From a virus, in the IMG/VR virus record IMGVR_UViG_3300044729_003379, positions 1-64,000 of that record: a stretch of DNA of 64,000 bases. One strand, written 5' to 3'. Below the pieces are notes generated by a model. The model ran no database searches. It was not told where the DNA came from and saw only the letters and a list, made by a program, of their open reading frames with translations. A program made the translations under genes and the position numbers. Shown here one piece after another: positions 1 through 7,318 of this stretch; within the stretch, counting starts at the first letter, position 1; each line of letters opens with the position of its first letter.

Positions 1-19
1 AGCGCGATTGCGTATGGAT

Positions 20-122
20 GCGAAAATCATTCGAACGCCTAAAATAACGTAGGCGCGAAAATCATTCGAACGCCTAAAATAACGTAGGCGCGAAAATCAT
101 TCGAACGCCTAAAATAACGTAG
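20..122. repeat. 35-bp tandem repeat, about 3 copies
   Basis: Unit cgaaaatcattcgaacgcctaaaataacgtaggcg starts at 21, 56 and 91 (third copy truncated); no spacers. Confidence 0.95.
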
Positions 123-145
123 TGACAACGCAAATGGCCTTGCAA

Positions 146-226
146 CGTAAGTCCTTCATTTTCAACGAGTTACAACGGCGGGACCGGGGCGAGCCGTCGT
201 AACTCTTTCATTTTCAACGAGTTACT
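146..226. repeat. Paired 29-bp inverted-repeat sites, copy 1
   Basis: Degenerate copies of cgtaactcgtt-cattttc-aacgagttacg at 146-174 and 198-226, joined by a 23-bp GC-rich linker (acggc...gccgt). Confidence 0.9.
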
Positions 227-383
227 CGTCTTTTAATTGATCAACCGACCTTTGTTCTTCTTTATGGGTATTATGAAGGCGATTGTTTCTACAGTAAGAA
301 CAGGAGCCATTGTTTCGGCAAGTTTTATCGAAACGTTTAGAATCGTATTTTCTAGGATAGTCTTTCTTTTTTGTTCTGCTCAT
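222..383 (-). CDS. Small basic phage protein, 53 aa, CxxxxxCxxC motif (below ORF-track cutoff)
   Basis: Hand translation MSRTKKKDYPRKYDSKRFDKTCRNNGSCSYCRNNRLHN...; upstream TTGCTT-16-TAAAAT promoter. Confidence 0.75.
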   Translation of the reverse strand: MSRTKKKDYPRKYDSKRFDKTCRNNGSCSYCRNNRLHNTHKEEQRSVDQLKDE

Positions 384-433
384 TTTGATTTATTGAAGAT
401 ATTTTAAGCGATTAAAGAAAAGAAGCAAGGGAA

Positions 434-583
434 TTATTCCCCAACAATTTCGACAACCCCGGAAGAGAGGTAGATTGAATTGATTTCAACCTCCTTTCCA
501 TCGATGAGGAGGACAACCTTCGTGTCCTTGCTGGAGTCGGATTCGAAGATGGAAAGGGCGAGTTGGAGTTCTTTGACTGTCAT
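434..583 (-). CDS. Early mini-protein, 49 aa (MTVKELQLAL...)
   Basis: Start moved to ATG at 583, 6 nt after TTGCAT-16-TATACT. Confidence 0.75.
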   Translation of the reverse strand: MTVKELQLALSIFESDSSKDTKVVLLIDGKEVEINSIYLSSGVVEIVGE

Positions 584-630
584 GATGTTAGTATAAGGGT
601 AATTCGATTTAATGCAAGGGTTTTTTTTCG
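584..630 (-). promoter_or_regulatory. Sigma70-type leaderless early promoter with upstream A-tract
   Basis: Minus strand cgaaaaaaaaccc-TTGCAT-16nt-TATACT-aacatc-ATG; same design before ATGs at 1339, 1552, 1764, 2483, 2780, 2992 and 3307. Confidence 0.85.
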
Positions 631-636
631 TGTTTT

Positions 637-732
637 TCAATGACAAACAGCATGGGCGAACCATGCAATGCCAACGATAACAAAACAAGCAACAACAAAA
701 GCAAGGGCAAGATCAAACAGGTCTTTCATCAT
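637..732 (-). CDS. 31-aa single-TM membrane peptide
   Basis: MMKDLFDLALAFVVACFVIVGIAWFAHAVCH; TTGCGC-17-TATCTT promoter 5 nt upstream of ATG. Confidence 0.65.
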   Translation of the reverse strand: MMKDLFDLALAFVVACFVIVGIAWFAHAVCH

Positions 733-861
733 GAACAAAGATAACATAAAAAAAAGAAAGGCGCAAGTAATTATTTCCTTTTCTTTTCCATGATTGCGCC
801 ATGTTCATTTGAACACCCAAAAAAAGTGTTGACATTGGCACGAATCTTGAATTGATTGCGT

Positions 862-1052
862 TGTAACTCGTTCTTTTTCAACGAGTTACGACGGCGCGAC
901 GGGGGCGAGCCGTCGTAACTCGTTCTTTTTCAATGACTTACGAAGGGTTTTTAAACTGTTCATTTGAACACTAAAAGCGGCGTGATGTTCAAATGAACAT
1001 CACACGAAAAAGCGGCATTATATCGCTATATCGCTATATAGCGAAGTATTGA
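862..1052. repeat. About 190-bp non-coding block, copy A
   Basis: Paired 29-bp IRs (862-890, 914-942), two TGTTC-N4-GAACA boxes and TATCGCTA iterons; near-identical to 1969-2167. Confidence 0.92.
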
Positions 1053-1057
1053 CTAAC

Positions 1058-1089
1058 AAAGAGAGAAGGTGAAAACCTTCTCTCTTTTT
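1058..1089. terminator. Intrinsic terminator hairpin, probably bidirectional
   Basis: aaagagagaaggt-gaaa-accttctctctttt, just downstream of CDS 1109-1339. Confidence 0.75.
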
Positions 1090-1108
1090 CCTTTCTTATT
1101 TGCCAGAT

Positions 1109-1339
1109 TTAGCAATGGTTCACTTGTCTTTCAATCCAGTTTTCACAAAACAAATCGATGAAGTCGATATCTTTAATTTCCATAACATATTCCTTTCCTT
1201 TGCGGGAAACTAAAACGTGATCTTGTCCCACAAGATTTTCAAGTGTCCAATACTCGCCAGCAATGTGAAGAGTAATTTCTTCCCCTTTAAGGGTTTGAGC
1301 CATTGCGATTTGAAGGTCTTTTTTGATTTGTTCTTTCAT
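1109..1339 (-). CDS. Early mini-protein, 76 aa
   Basis: ORF with TTGCGC-16-TATACT-6-ATG promoter and a downstream hairpin. Confidence 0.8.
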   Translation of the reverse strand: MKEQIKKDLQIAMAQTLKGEEITLHIAGEYWTLENLVGQDHVLVSRKGKEYVMEIKDIDFIDLFCENWIERQVNHC

Positions 1340-1393
1340 GTTTTAAGTATAAGCGATTAAGAGAAAAGCGCAAGGGTTTTTTTCGTGTTTTTC

Positions 1394-1552
1394 TTAAAGG
1401 GAAAGAATCCATTTGAGAAGAGAACCATCGCAAGAGAAGGAGAAGATCTTTCCTTCGTGCTTCACGCGAAAAAACGAACGCCCCCCAAGCCTTTCATGTT
1501 CAACGTCCATTGCCTTTTTAATCGCCAAGATGTAACCGCTTTCTTCTTTCAT
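1394..1552 (-). CDS. Early mini-protein, 52 aa (MKEESGYILAIKKAMDVEHERLGG...)
   Basis: Hand translation; TTGAAC-16-TAAATT-aacatc-ATG. Confidence 0.75.
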   Translation of the reverse strand: MKEESGYILAIKKAMDVEHERLGGRSFFRVKHEGKIFSFSCDGSLLKWILSL

Positions 1553-1599
1553 GATGTTAATTTACCCTATTTTTGGTTTAGTTCAAGTCTTTTTTTCGA

Positions 1600-1764
1600 T
1601 TATTTCGCTTCGATTTCGTCAACCTGATATTCAAGGGAAAGGCGGATACAGGACCACGAATGGCCGGGAAACATCGCCGCGATTTCTTTCGCGATTTTTT
1701 CCAAATCACCTCCGAATTCGGCAACGAATTTAGCGGCGTCTTCGATTTCTTTGATCATGTTCAT
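1600..1764 (-). CDS. Early mini-protein, 54 aa, duplicated gene copy 1
   Basis: MNMIKEIEDAAKFVAEFGGDLEKIAKEIAAMFPGHSWSCIRLSLEYQVDEIEAK; TTGCGT-16-TATCAT-6-ATG. Confidence 0.85.
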   Translation of the reverse strand: MNMIKEIEDAAKFVAEFGGDLEKIAKEIAAMFPGHSWSCIRLSLEYQVDEIEAK

Positions 1765-1869
1765 GTTGTAATGATACCACTTTAAACCTGATACGCAAGT
1801 TATTTTGTGCTTTTTTTTTCATCAATGTTTCCGCGATTGCGTGATGTTCAATTGAACGCCTTTTTTGTT

Positions 1870-1912
1870 TATCGCTATATCGCGATATATCTATATCGCT
1901 ATATCGCTATAT
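1870..1912. repeat. TATCGCTA-type 8-bp iterons
   Basis: tatcgctatatcgcgatatatctatatcgctatatcgctatat; related arrays at 1019-1044 and 2126-2159. Confidence 0.85.
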
Positions 1913-1968
1913 TGTTTTGCTTTTTAAATGATGTTCAATTGAACACTTTTTTTCTGAGTAGAAATGTC

Positions 1969-2167
1969 CGTAACTCGTTCATTTTCAACGAGTTACGACG
2001 GCGGGACCGGGTTTTTGCGTCATAACTCGTTCATTTTCAACGAGTTACGAAGGGTTTTTAAAGTGTTCATTTGAACACTAAAAGCGGCGTGATGTTCAAA
2101 TGAACATTACATGAAAAAGCGGCATTATATCGCTATATCGCTATATCGCTATATAGCGAAGTATTGA
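1969..2167. repeat. About 200-bp non-coding block, copy B
   Basis: Paired IRs 1969-1997 and 2021-2049, boxes at 2064 and 2093, iterons with one more unit than copy A. Confidence 0.92.
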
Positions 2168-2219
2168 ATAAGCGATTGAGAGAAAAGCGCAAGGGGTTTT
2201 TTTCGATTATTTAAAGGGG

Positions 2220-2239
2220 AGGGAGGCTTTTGCCTCCCT
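2220..2239. terminator. Hairpin or terminator, repeated at 2544-2563
   Basis: agggaggc-tttt-gcctccct immediately downstream of CDS 2247-2483. Confidence 0.65.
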
Positions 2240-2246
2240 TCGCGTT

Positions 2247-2483
2247 TCAGACAAGAGGTTCATTGTTCTTGTTAAGCTTGACAAAGATTTCATCTTGAAA
2301 ATCGCAATCGAGCAATTGGCCCTCTTCAGTTTCAACCACCATCATGGGATAGCCTTGGATATCTTCAATTTCAATTGCCTTGACAATTTCGCCAGTGCCG
2401 ACAATCTGCCAGTTTCCCTCTTCAGAGGGAAAGGGACGAACGAATTGCGTGTAAAGTTTCTTTTCGTAGTATTCTTTGTTCAT
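2247..2483 (-). CDS. Early acidic mini-protein, 78 aa
   Basis: ORF with TTGCGC-16-TATACT-aacatc-ATG. Confidence 0.8.
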   Translation of the reverse strand: MNKEYYEKKLYTQFVRPFPSEEGNWQIVGTGEIVKAIEIEDIQGYPMMVVETEEGQLLDCDFQDEIFVKLNKNNEPLV

Positions 2484-2543
2484 GATGTTAGTATAAAGGA
2501 TTTAAGGGAAAGCGCAAGGGTTTTTTTCGATTATTTAAAGGGG

Positions 2544-2563
2544 AGGGAGGCTTTCGCCTCCCT
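2544..2563. terminator. Hairpin or terminator
   Basis: agggaggc-tttc-gcctccct downstream of CDS 2571-2780. Confidence 0.65.
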
Positions 2564-2570
2564 TTTCTTT

Positions 2571-2780
2571 TCAGACAGCAACGGAATCATTCCACCATAT
2601 AAAACGTTCAACGTCTTTTACAAGAACATCAAACAATTCACCGTCTTCATTCGAGACCGTCAAAACGTCGTCTCTATAAACCTCTTCAAAGAGGTATTGT
2701 TGCCCGTAATGGGTTTGAACAAAAACGTATTCGTTTTTGCTGACACGTTCCGCTTTTTCGATTTGCTCTTTGTTGATCAT
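2571..2780 (-). CDS. Early acidic mini-protein, 69 aa
   Basis: ORF with TTGCCT-16-TATACT-6-ATG. Confidence 0.8.
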   Translation of the reverse strand: MINKEQIEKAERVSKNEYVFVQTHYGQQYLFEEVYRDDVLTVSNEDGELFDVLVKDVERFIWWNDSVAV

Positions 2781-2827
2781 GTTCTAAGTATAAGCGATTA
2801 AAGAGGGAAGGCAAGGGTTTTTTTCGA

Positions 2828-2992
2828 TTATTGCGCCGCCATTTCGTCAACCTGATATTCAAGGGAAAGGCGGATACAGGACCATGAATGGCCGGGAAAC
2901 ATCGCCGCGATTTCTTTCGCGATTTTTTCCAAATCACCTCCGAATTCGGCAACGAATTTAGCGGCGTCTTCGATTTCTTTGATCATGTTCAT
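2828..2992 (-). CDS. Early mini-protein, 54 aa, duplicated gene copy 2
   Basis: Same as 1600-1764 except the last 4 residues (MAAQ); TTGATT-16-TATATT-5-ATG. Confidence 0.85.
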   Translation of the reverse strand: MNMIKEIEDAAKFVAEFGGDLEKIAKEIAAMFPGHSWSCIRLSLEYQVDEMAAQ

Positions 2993-3067
2993 GGGAGAAT
3001 ATACAAGAAGAAAAGGGAGAATCAAGTCTTTTTTTGATTTTCTTTTGACCCTCTAGGCGCTTGCGTT

Positions 3068-3307
3068 TTAGGCAACGCCAAGCGCCAAACGAGCGCGACG
3101 GGCAACAAGCGCCTTCGCGTCTTCAATCGGAAGCAAGACAATTCCCTCACTGGTAAGGGCGGAAATGACCCACTGATAAATGACAACGCCTTCGCCAGCG
3201 GTGCCGTTAGGAACTTGACGCATTGTGGATTTACGGCCCACAAAAGGAATGTCAGAGGTGAAAGGGGCGAAGGTGACAAGGGAGCCAAGGGCAAGGTTTT
3301 CTTTCAT
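3068..3307 (-). CDS. Early mini-protein, 79 aa
   Basis: ORF with TTGTGC-16-TATACT-aacatc-ATG. Confidence 0.8.
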   Translation of the reverse strand: MKENLALGSLVTFAPFTSDIPFVGRKSTMRQVPNGTAGEGVVIYQWVISALTSEGIVLLPIEDAKALVARRARLALGVA

Positions 3308-3614
3308 GATGTTAGTATAACCGATCCCGCGAAAAGCACAAGGGTATTTTCTCTTTTTTTTTCGCGTTTTATTTACGCGGTCGCGTAGTGTTCACATGAA
3401 CACCATAAGGGGGTGGGGTTAATTAAAATCCGACTAGACTAACATAAACCCAAAAAGAGAGGGGGGGTGGGTATTTTTATAAATCCAAACCAATTCCACG
3501 TTATCCAATACCATCCAACACAATTCCAATCCACCCAATTATCTATCCCCTATATATATCCTATCGCATACATTGCGAGACTATATGCGATCACATACAA
3601 AAAAATACCCCTAT

Positions 3615-3836
3615 TTAATCATTCGTTTCAATTCGATGAAACTCAGAAAAGGGTTGAAGAGTATCAATATAAGAAAGGTAATCACAACAATCTCTATCCA
3701 CACCTAAGAACCTCACTCCCCCTTCTTTATCTATAAAAATAATCTCTCCAGTAGCATCACTTTCGGGGGTAATGACTTGAAAGAATCCTGTAGGATATTT
3801 GTCAAATTCGTATAGGAAGTTCATAATTTTGTCCAT
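3615..3836 (-). CDS. Hypothetical protein
   Basis: 73-aa ORF overlapping the stop of the upstream methyltransferase. Confidence 0.65.
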   Translation of the reverse strand: MDKIMNFLYEFDKYPTGFFQVITPESDATGEIIFIDKEGGVRFLGVDRDCCDYLSYIDTLQPFSEFHRIETND

Positions 3837-4381
3837 TCTTTTTCTTTATAATATCCCGCCCACTGAACATTTGAATAATAACCATACAAATGATTACTCC
3901 AAATTAAACCCAAATTTGGGTATCTGGTTAACATAACGAGTGGGGTTAAATCTGCTTGTTCGTGTTTTTCGTGCGGATTGATCAAGCGTTTGTCTTCAAA
4001 TACGAAATCCACACCTCCTTGTGGGCAAAGATAAGGGACCGCCACAAGAACATTTTGGCACCGATTTAGAACTTCTTTTGATTGTTCTATGGTCAGATGC
4101 TCTAATACATCTCCTAAAATAACCAAATCATAATTGCCCAAATTCCACTTTTCTTCTCTTACATCTCCTATCAAGGCTTGATTATACTTGCTTCTTAAAT
4201 TATAGGCGTCAATATATCCCTCGTAGATTTCGAGGCAGTCTAATTCATACCCGTGAGGTTTTAAAAGATCGGCATAAGTCCCTACCCCCGGACCTACATC
4301 TAGGACTTTTGAATAGTAGGGGAAGTTTTTTTGCACAAACTCAATTGCTTCTTTTTTTCCAAATGGATACGAATGTGGCAT
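3821..4381 (-). CDS. Class I SAM-dependent methyltransferase
   Basis: VLDVGPGVG motif I, YDLVILGDVLEH; start reset to MPHSYP (4381) by the GTGTA-N9-ATG motif. Confidence 0.85.
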   Translation of the reverse strand: MPHSYPFGKKEAIEFVQKNFPYYSKVLDVGPGVGTYADLLKPHGYELDCLEIYEGYIDAYNLRSKYNQALIGDVREEKWNLGNYDLVILGDVLEHLTIEQSKEVLNRCQNVLVAVPYLCPQGGVDFVFEDKRLINPHEKHEQADLTPLVMLTRYPNLGLIWSNHLYGYYSNVQWAGYYKEKEWTKL

Positions 4382-4416
4382 AGTCTTTTCTACACTTATA
4401 TGTGTAATTATTAGAG
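4382..4416. promoter_or_regulatory. Back-to-back putative late promoters (GTGTA-N9/10-ATG)
   Basis: TACAC 4391-4395 and GTGTA 4402-4406 face the divergent ATGs; same motif before 10186, 15987, 19701, 21882 and 45137(-). Confidence 0.7.
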
Positions 4417-5100
4417 ATGTCAAGCAGAAAAAGTTTCAAGACGGGTTTGCTCTTGGGCAATGTTGAATTAACCCCTAAGCAACAAAACTTCTTTAAAATC
4501 ATGACCCATAAGGGGACGAAGGTTGTTTTCCTAAGCGGACCAGCGGGAACTTCTAAAACCTTTTTAGCAGTTTATGCCGCCCTTCACCTCTTTAACGAAG
4601 ATTCTAAAAACATAAAAATTCACTACTTGAGGACGGTGGTCGAGTCTGCCCAAAAGAGCTTGGGGTTTTTAAAAGGATCTCTGGAAGACAAATTTGATCC
4701 ATATATGACCCCACTTATGGACAAAATCAATGAGATCTTGAATGAGAAGGAGGTTTCCCTTCTTACAGATCAACACGCCCTTCACGCTGAACCCATTAAC
4801 TTTATTCGTGGACAGGATTGGAAAAACAGGGTGGTTATTGCAGATGAAATGCAAAATGCCACAATACCAGAAATTACAACCATTCTTACCCGAATCAATA
4901 CTAACAGCAAAATTTTTATCTGTGGAGATGAATTCCAAAGTGATATACGAAATACAGGATTTTCTAAAATGTGTAAGACATTCAGCACGGAAGAAGCAAA
5001 TTCTCACGGAATTTATCATCTTCGTTTTGAGAAAGAAGATGTGATGAGAGACCCAGTTATTATTTTCCTTCTAGATCAGATAGAAAAAATTGGCAATTGA
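4417..5100 (+). CDS. phoH: PhoH-family ATPase
   Basis: GPAGTSKT Walker A, LGFLKGSLEDKFDPY, FIRG, IADEMQN, GDEFQSD. Confidence 0.92.
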   Translation: MSSRKSFKTGLLLGNVELTPKQQNFFKIMTHKGTKVVFLSGPAGTSKTFLAVYAALHLFNEDSKNIKIHYLRTVVESAQKSLGFLKGSLEDKFDPYMTPLMDKINEILNEKEVSLLTDQHALHAEPINFIRGQDWKNRVVIADEMQNATIPEITTILTRINTNSKIFICGDEFQSDIRNTGFSKMCKTFSTEEANSHGIYHLRFEKEDVMRDPVIIFLLDQIEKIGN

Positions 5101-5139
5101 TTTTCATATAGAAAATCTATATAATTAAAAGTAAAAATA

Positions 5140-5571
5140 ATGAAAACCGAATATTGTATTAAATGTGGAGGAAAGGCTGAATTTAGTGTTTCCAAACCCA
5201 AATTTTGCCCAAGTTGCGGAGAACCATTTAATCGTGTGGATTCTTCTTTTTCAAGCGCATCTAGAAAACCTGTTCGCAAAAAAGAACACGAAGAAGATTA
5301 TGATGACGACGAAGATGATTTTGATGACGAAGATGATGACTTGAGGGAGTTTAATATTAATTTAGCTGCTCTTAAGAGAAAAAAGATTTTTACTGCCGAA
5401 GTTGGAAGCAATCAAAGAATTACGATTGGAGATTTAACTCCATCCAATTCTCAGGGTAGTAGAGAAACCCGCGCCCCAAGAAGCGGAGAAGAAAATTTAG
5501 AAGGCGCGGATTTATTAAGAAAAATTCAATCTGAGTGCAGAACCGTCAAGTCTCAAACAGAATTGGATTAA
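5140..5571 (+). CDS. Zinc-ribbon protein with acidic tract
   Basis: CxxC...FCPSCG followed by a D/E run. Confidence 0.75.
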   Translation: MKTEYCIKCGGKAEFSVSKPKFCPSCGEPFNRVDSSFSSASRKPVRKKEHEEDYDDDEDDFDDEDDDLREFNINLAALKRKKIFTAEVGSNQRITIGDLTPSNSQGSRETRAPRSGEENLEGADLLRKIQSECRTVKSQTELD

Positions 5572-5573
5572 TA

Positions 5574-6260
5574 ATGAATTATTCATTTGAAGATAAACTT
5601 GACGAAATAAACGAACTACTTGTTCGTAATCGTGTGAAATGGCAACTGGATGCCCTTTCTTGGATGGATTACGACGATGTTTGTCAAATCATCAGAACCC
5701 ACATTTATACAAAGTGGAGTTTGTGGGATCAAAGTCGAGCTTTTAAACCTTGGTGCAGTAGTGTTATTTCTAATCAAATATTTAATTTGGTCAGAAACAA
5801 TTATGCAAATTTTGCCAAGCCATGTTTGAAGTGTGAATTCAATACTGGTGCAGAGTCCTGTAGTCGAACAAAGAGTTTAAAACAAGATTCTTCGTGTAAG
5901 CTTTATTTAAAATGGGAAAAAAGCAAAAAAAATGCTTATGACATAAAAATTCCAGTAAGCATTAATGATTCAGAAATAATTAATACATTAAAAGAGGTTT
6001 CTTGCTTTAACTATGAAGAAAAGATAGAAGAAATACATTCCAAAATCCTTTCTCAATTGTCAAACACAAGACACAGAGAAATTTATAGAATGTTATATAT
6101 CGAAGGTTTGGAGGAAGAAACTGTTGCCAAAAAAATGAATTTTAAAAAGGATACAACATCAGAACGGAAGTCCAACAGATACAAGCAAATAACTAATCTT
6201 AAAAAGAAATTCTACGAATTAGCCAAGCAAGTAATTATAGAAAATGACATTTTGCCATGA
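5574..6260 (+). CDS. Sigma-70/ECF-like phage transcription factor, candidate late sigma
   Basis: Region-2-like DYDDVCQ...WDQSRAFKPW...N, Cys-rich insert, region-4-like HREIYRMLYIEGLEEETVAKKM; start reset to 5574. Confidence 0.7.
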   Translation: MNYSFEDKLDEINELLVRNRVKWQLDALSWMDYDDVCQIIRTHIYTKWSLWDQSRAFKPWCSSVISNQIFNLVRNNYANFAKPCLKCEFNTGAESCSRTKSLKQDSSCKLYLKWEKSKKNAYDIKIPVSINDSEIINTLKEVSCFNYEEKIEEIHSKILSQLSNTRHREIYRMLYIEGLEEETVAKKMNFKKDTTSERKSNRYKQITNLKKKFYELAKQVIIENDILP

Positions 6261-7318
6261 CCCTCTCCCAAGAGCAAAAAGAAAAAGTCTTGGAGGAATT
6301 TAAAAAAAACCAAGACCTCAACCTTATTACCCAAACCGTTTTTAGAGACGAAAGCCTCGATGGAAGAAGTAAGGAGGGTCGGGCTATTCGTTCTTTTTTA
6401 GCAGAACAAGGTAGACAATACAATACCACAAAAAGCGAAAAAAAGAAATTTGTTAATTTCACTGATTCGCAGATTGAATTCATGAGGAGTGATAGGATCA
6501 ACTCTTCTATGAATGTTTTGGAAATAACAAAACTTGTGTTTGGTGATGATGATCTTAAGCCCTTGTCAGCAGAGCATCGCGCAGTTCAAGAGTTTCTATA
6601 CAGACATAGGAACGACATTGTAGACGAATCAGAACTAGCCGCAGACGCAAAATGGTATTGCCCCAAAGTTCCTCTTTCTGCAATTCGAAGAGTGAATAAA
6701 TGGACGGGAGAAAATCTTTCTGAAGACTTTTCGCAACTAACCCTTAAAAACAAGAAGAACATAGAATCCCTTCTTAGATATTATAAGGCGTATAAATTAG
6801 AGCAAGAAATCAACTCCTATAAAACTCTGGGAGATAGAGATTTATTTGAATCAGAATTTGTAAGAGCGGTTTGGAATAAGGACGATCTTACTGCTGACGA
6901 ATTAAACATGTATATGATGCTTTGTTCGAATTATGTAAGAAAAACAAAAATCCAAAAAAGATTGGATCAATTCAATCACATGTTGGAGAGCGAAGATATT
7001 GCTTCGGAAGATTTGTCTGTAAGATTAACAGAACACCTTAAAGCGACTTCTGACGAACTCGATAAGTGTGAAAAACGAATTGATTCGTTGATTGACAAAC
7101 TTAATGGAAGTAGAGCAAAAAGGCTTGAAAAAAATGGAGAAAAGTCAACCAACTTCCTTGCAATAGTTGAGATTTTCCAAAATTACCAAGAAAGAGAAAG
7201 AATGATTTTAGTGGCAGAGATGCAAAACAAACTTATTGAAGAAGAAATCGATAGACTTGAATCAGTTGAAGAATTGAAGGGTCGGGTTTTTGGAATTGGA
7301 AGAGTTGAATTGTTATGA
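6257..7318 (+). CDS. Hypothetical protein, possible small terminase or packaging factor
   Basis: 353-aa helical/coiled-coil ORF in a coupled run upstream of TerL. Confidence 0.5.
   Translation: MTLSQEQKEKVLEEFKKNQDLNLITQTVFRDESLDGRSKEGRAIRSFLAEQGRQYNTTKSEKKKFVNFTDSQIEFMRSDRINSSMNVLEITKLVFGDDDLKPLSAEHRAVQEFLYRHRNDIVDESELAADAKWYCPKVPLSAIRRVNKWTGENLSEDFSQLTLKNKKNIESLLRYYKAYKLEQEINSYKTLGDRDLFESEFVRAVWNKDDLTADELNMYMMLCSNYVRKTKIQKRLDQFNHMLESEDIASEDLSVRLTEHLKATSDELDKCEKRIDSLIDKLNGSRAKRLEKNGEKSTNFLAIVEIFQNYQERERMILVAEMQNKLIEEEIDRLESVEELKGRVFGIGRVELL

Larger units (their letters stand above)
802..3402. promoter_or_regulatory. Eight TGTTC-N4-GAACA palindromes (Verrucomicrobia-type LexA box match)
   Basis: 802-815, 957-970, 986-999, 1845-1858 (1 mismatch), 1932-1945, 2064-2077, 2093-2106, 3389-3402. 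Confidence 0.7.

Noticed and set aside
20-2167. CRISPR array
   Set aside because: The 35-bp repeats have no spacers, and the paired IRs have similar rather than unique linkers. No cas operon; the Cas4-like gene sits among replication genes.
802-3402. parS sites
   Set aside because: Canonical parS is the 16-bp TGTTTCACGTGAAACA. These are 14 bp with a variable centre, and no ParB is seen.
1385-3736. Plus-strand ORFs (1385, 1551, 1807, 2295, 3467) and alternative minus frames (2686, 3022)
   Set aside because: They are shadows of promoter-supported minus-strand genes or run through repeats.
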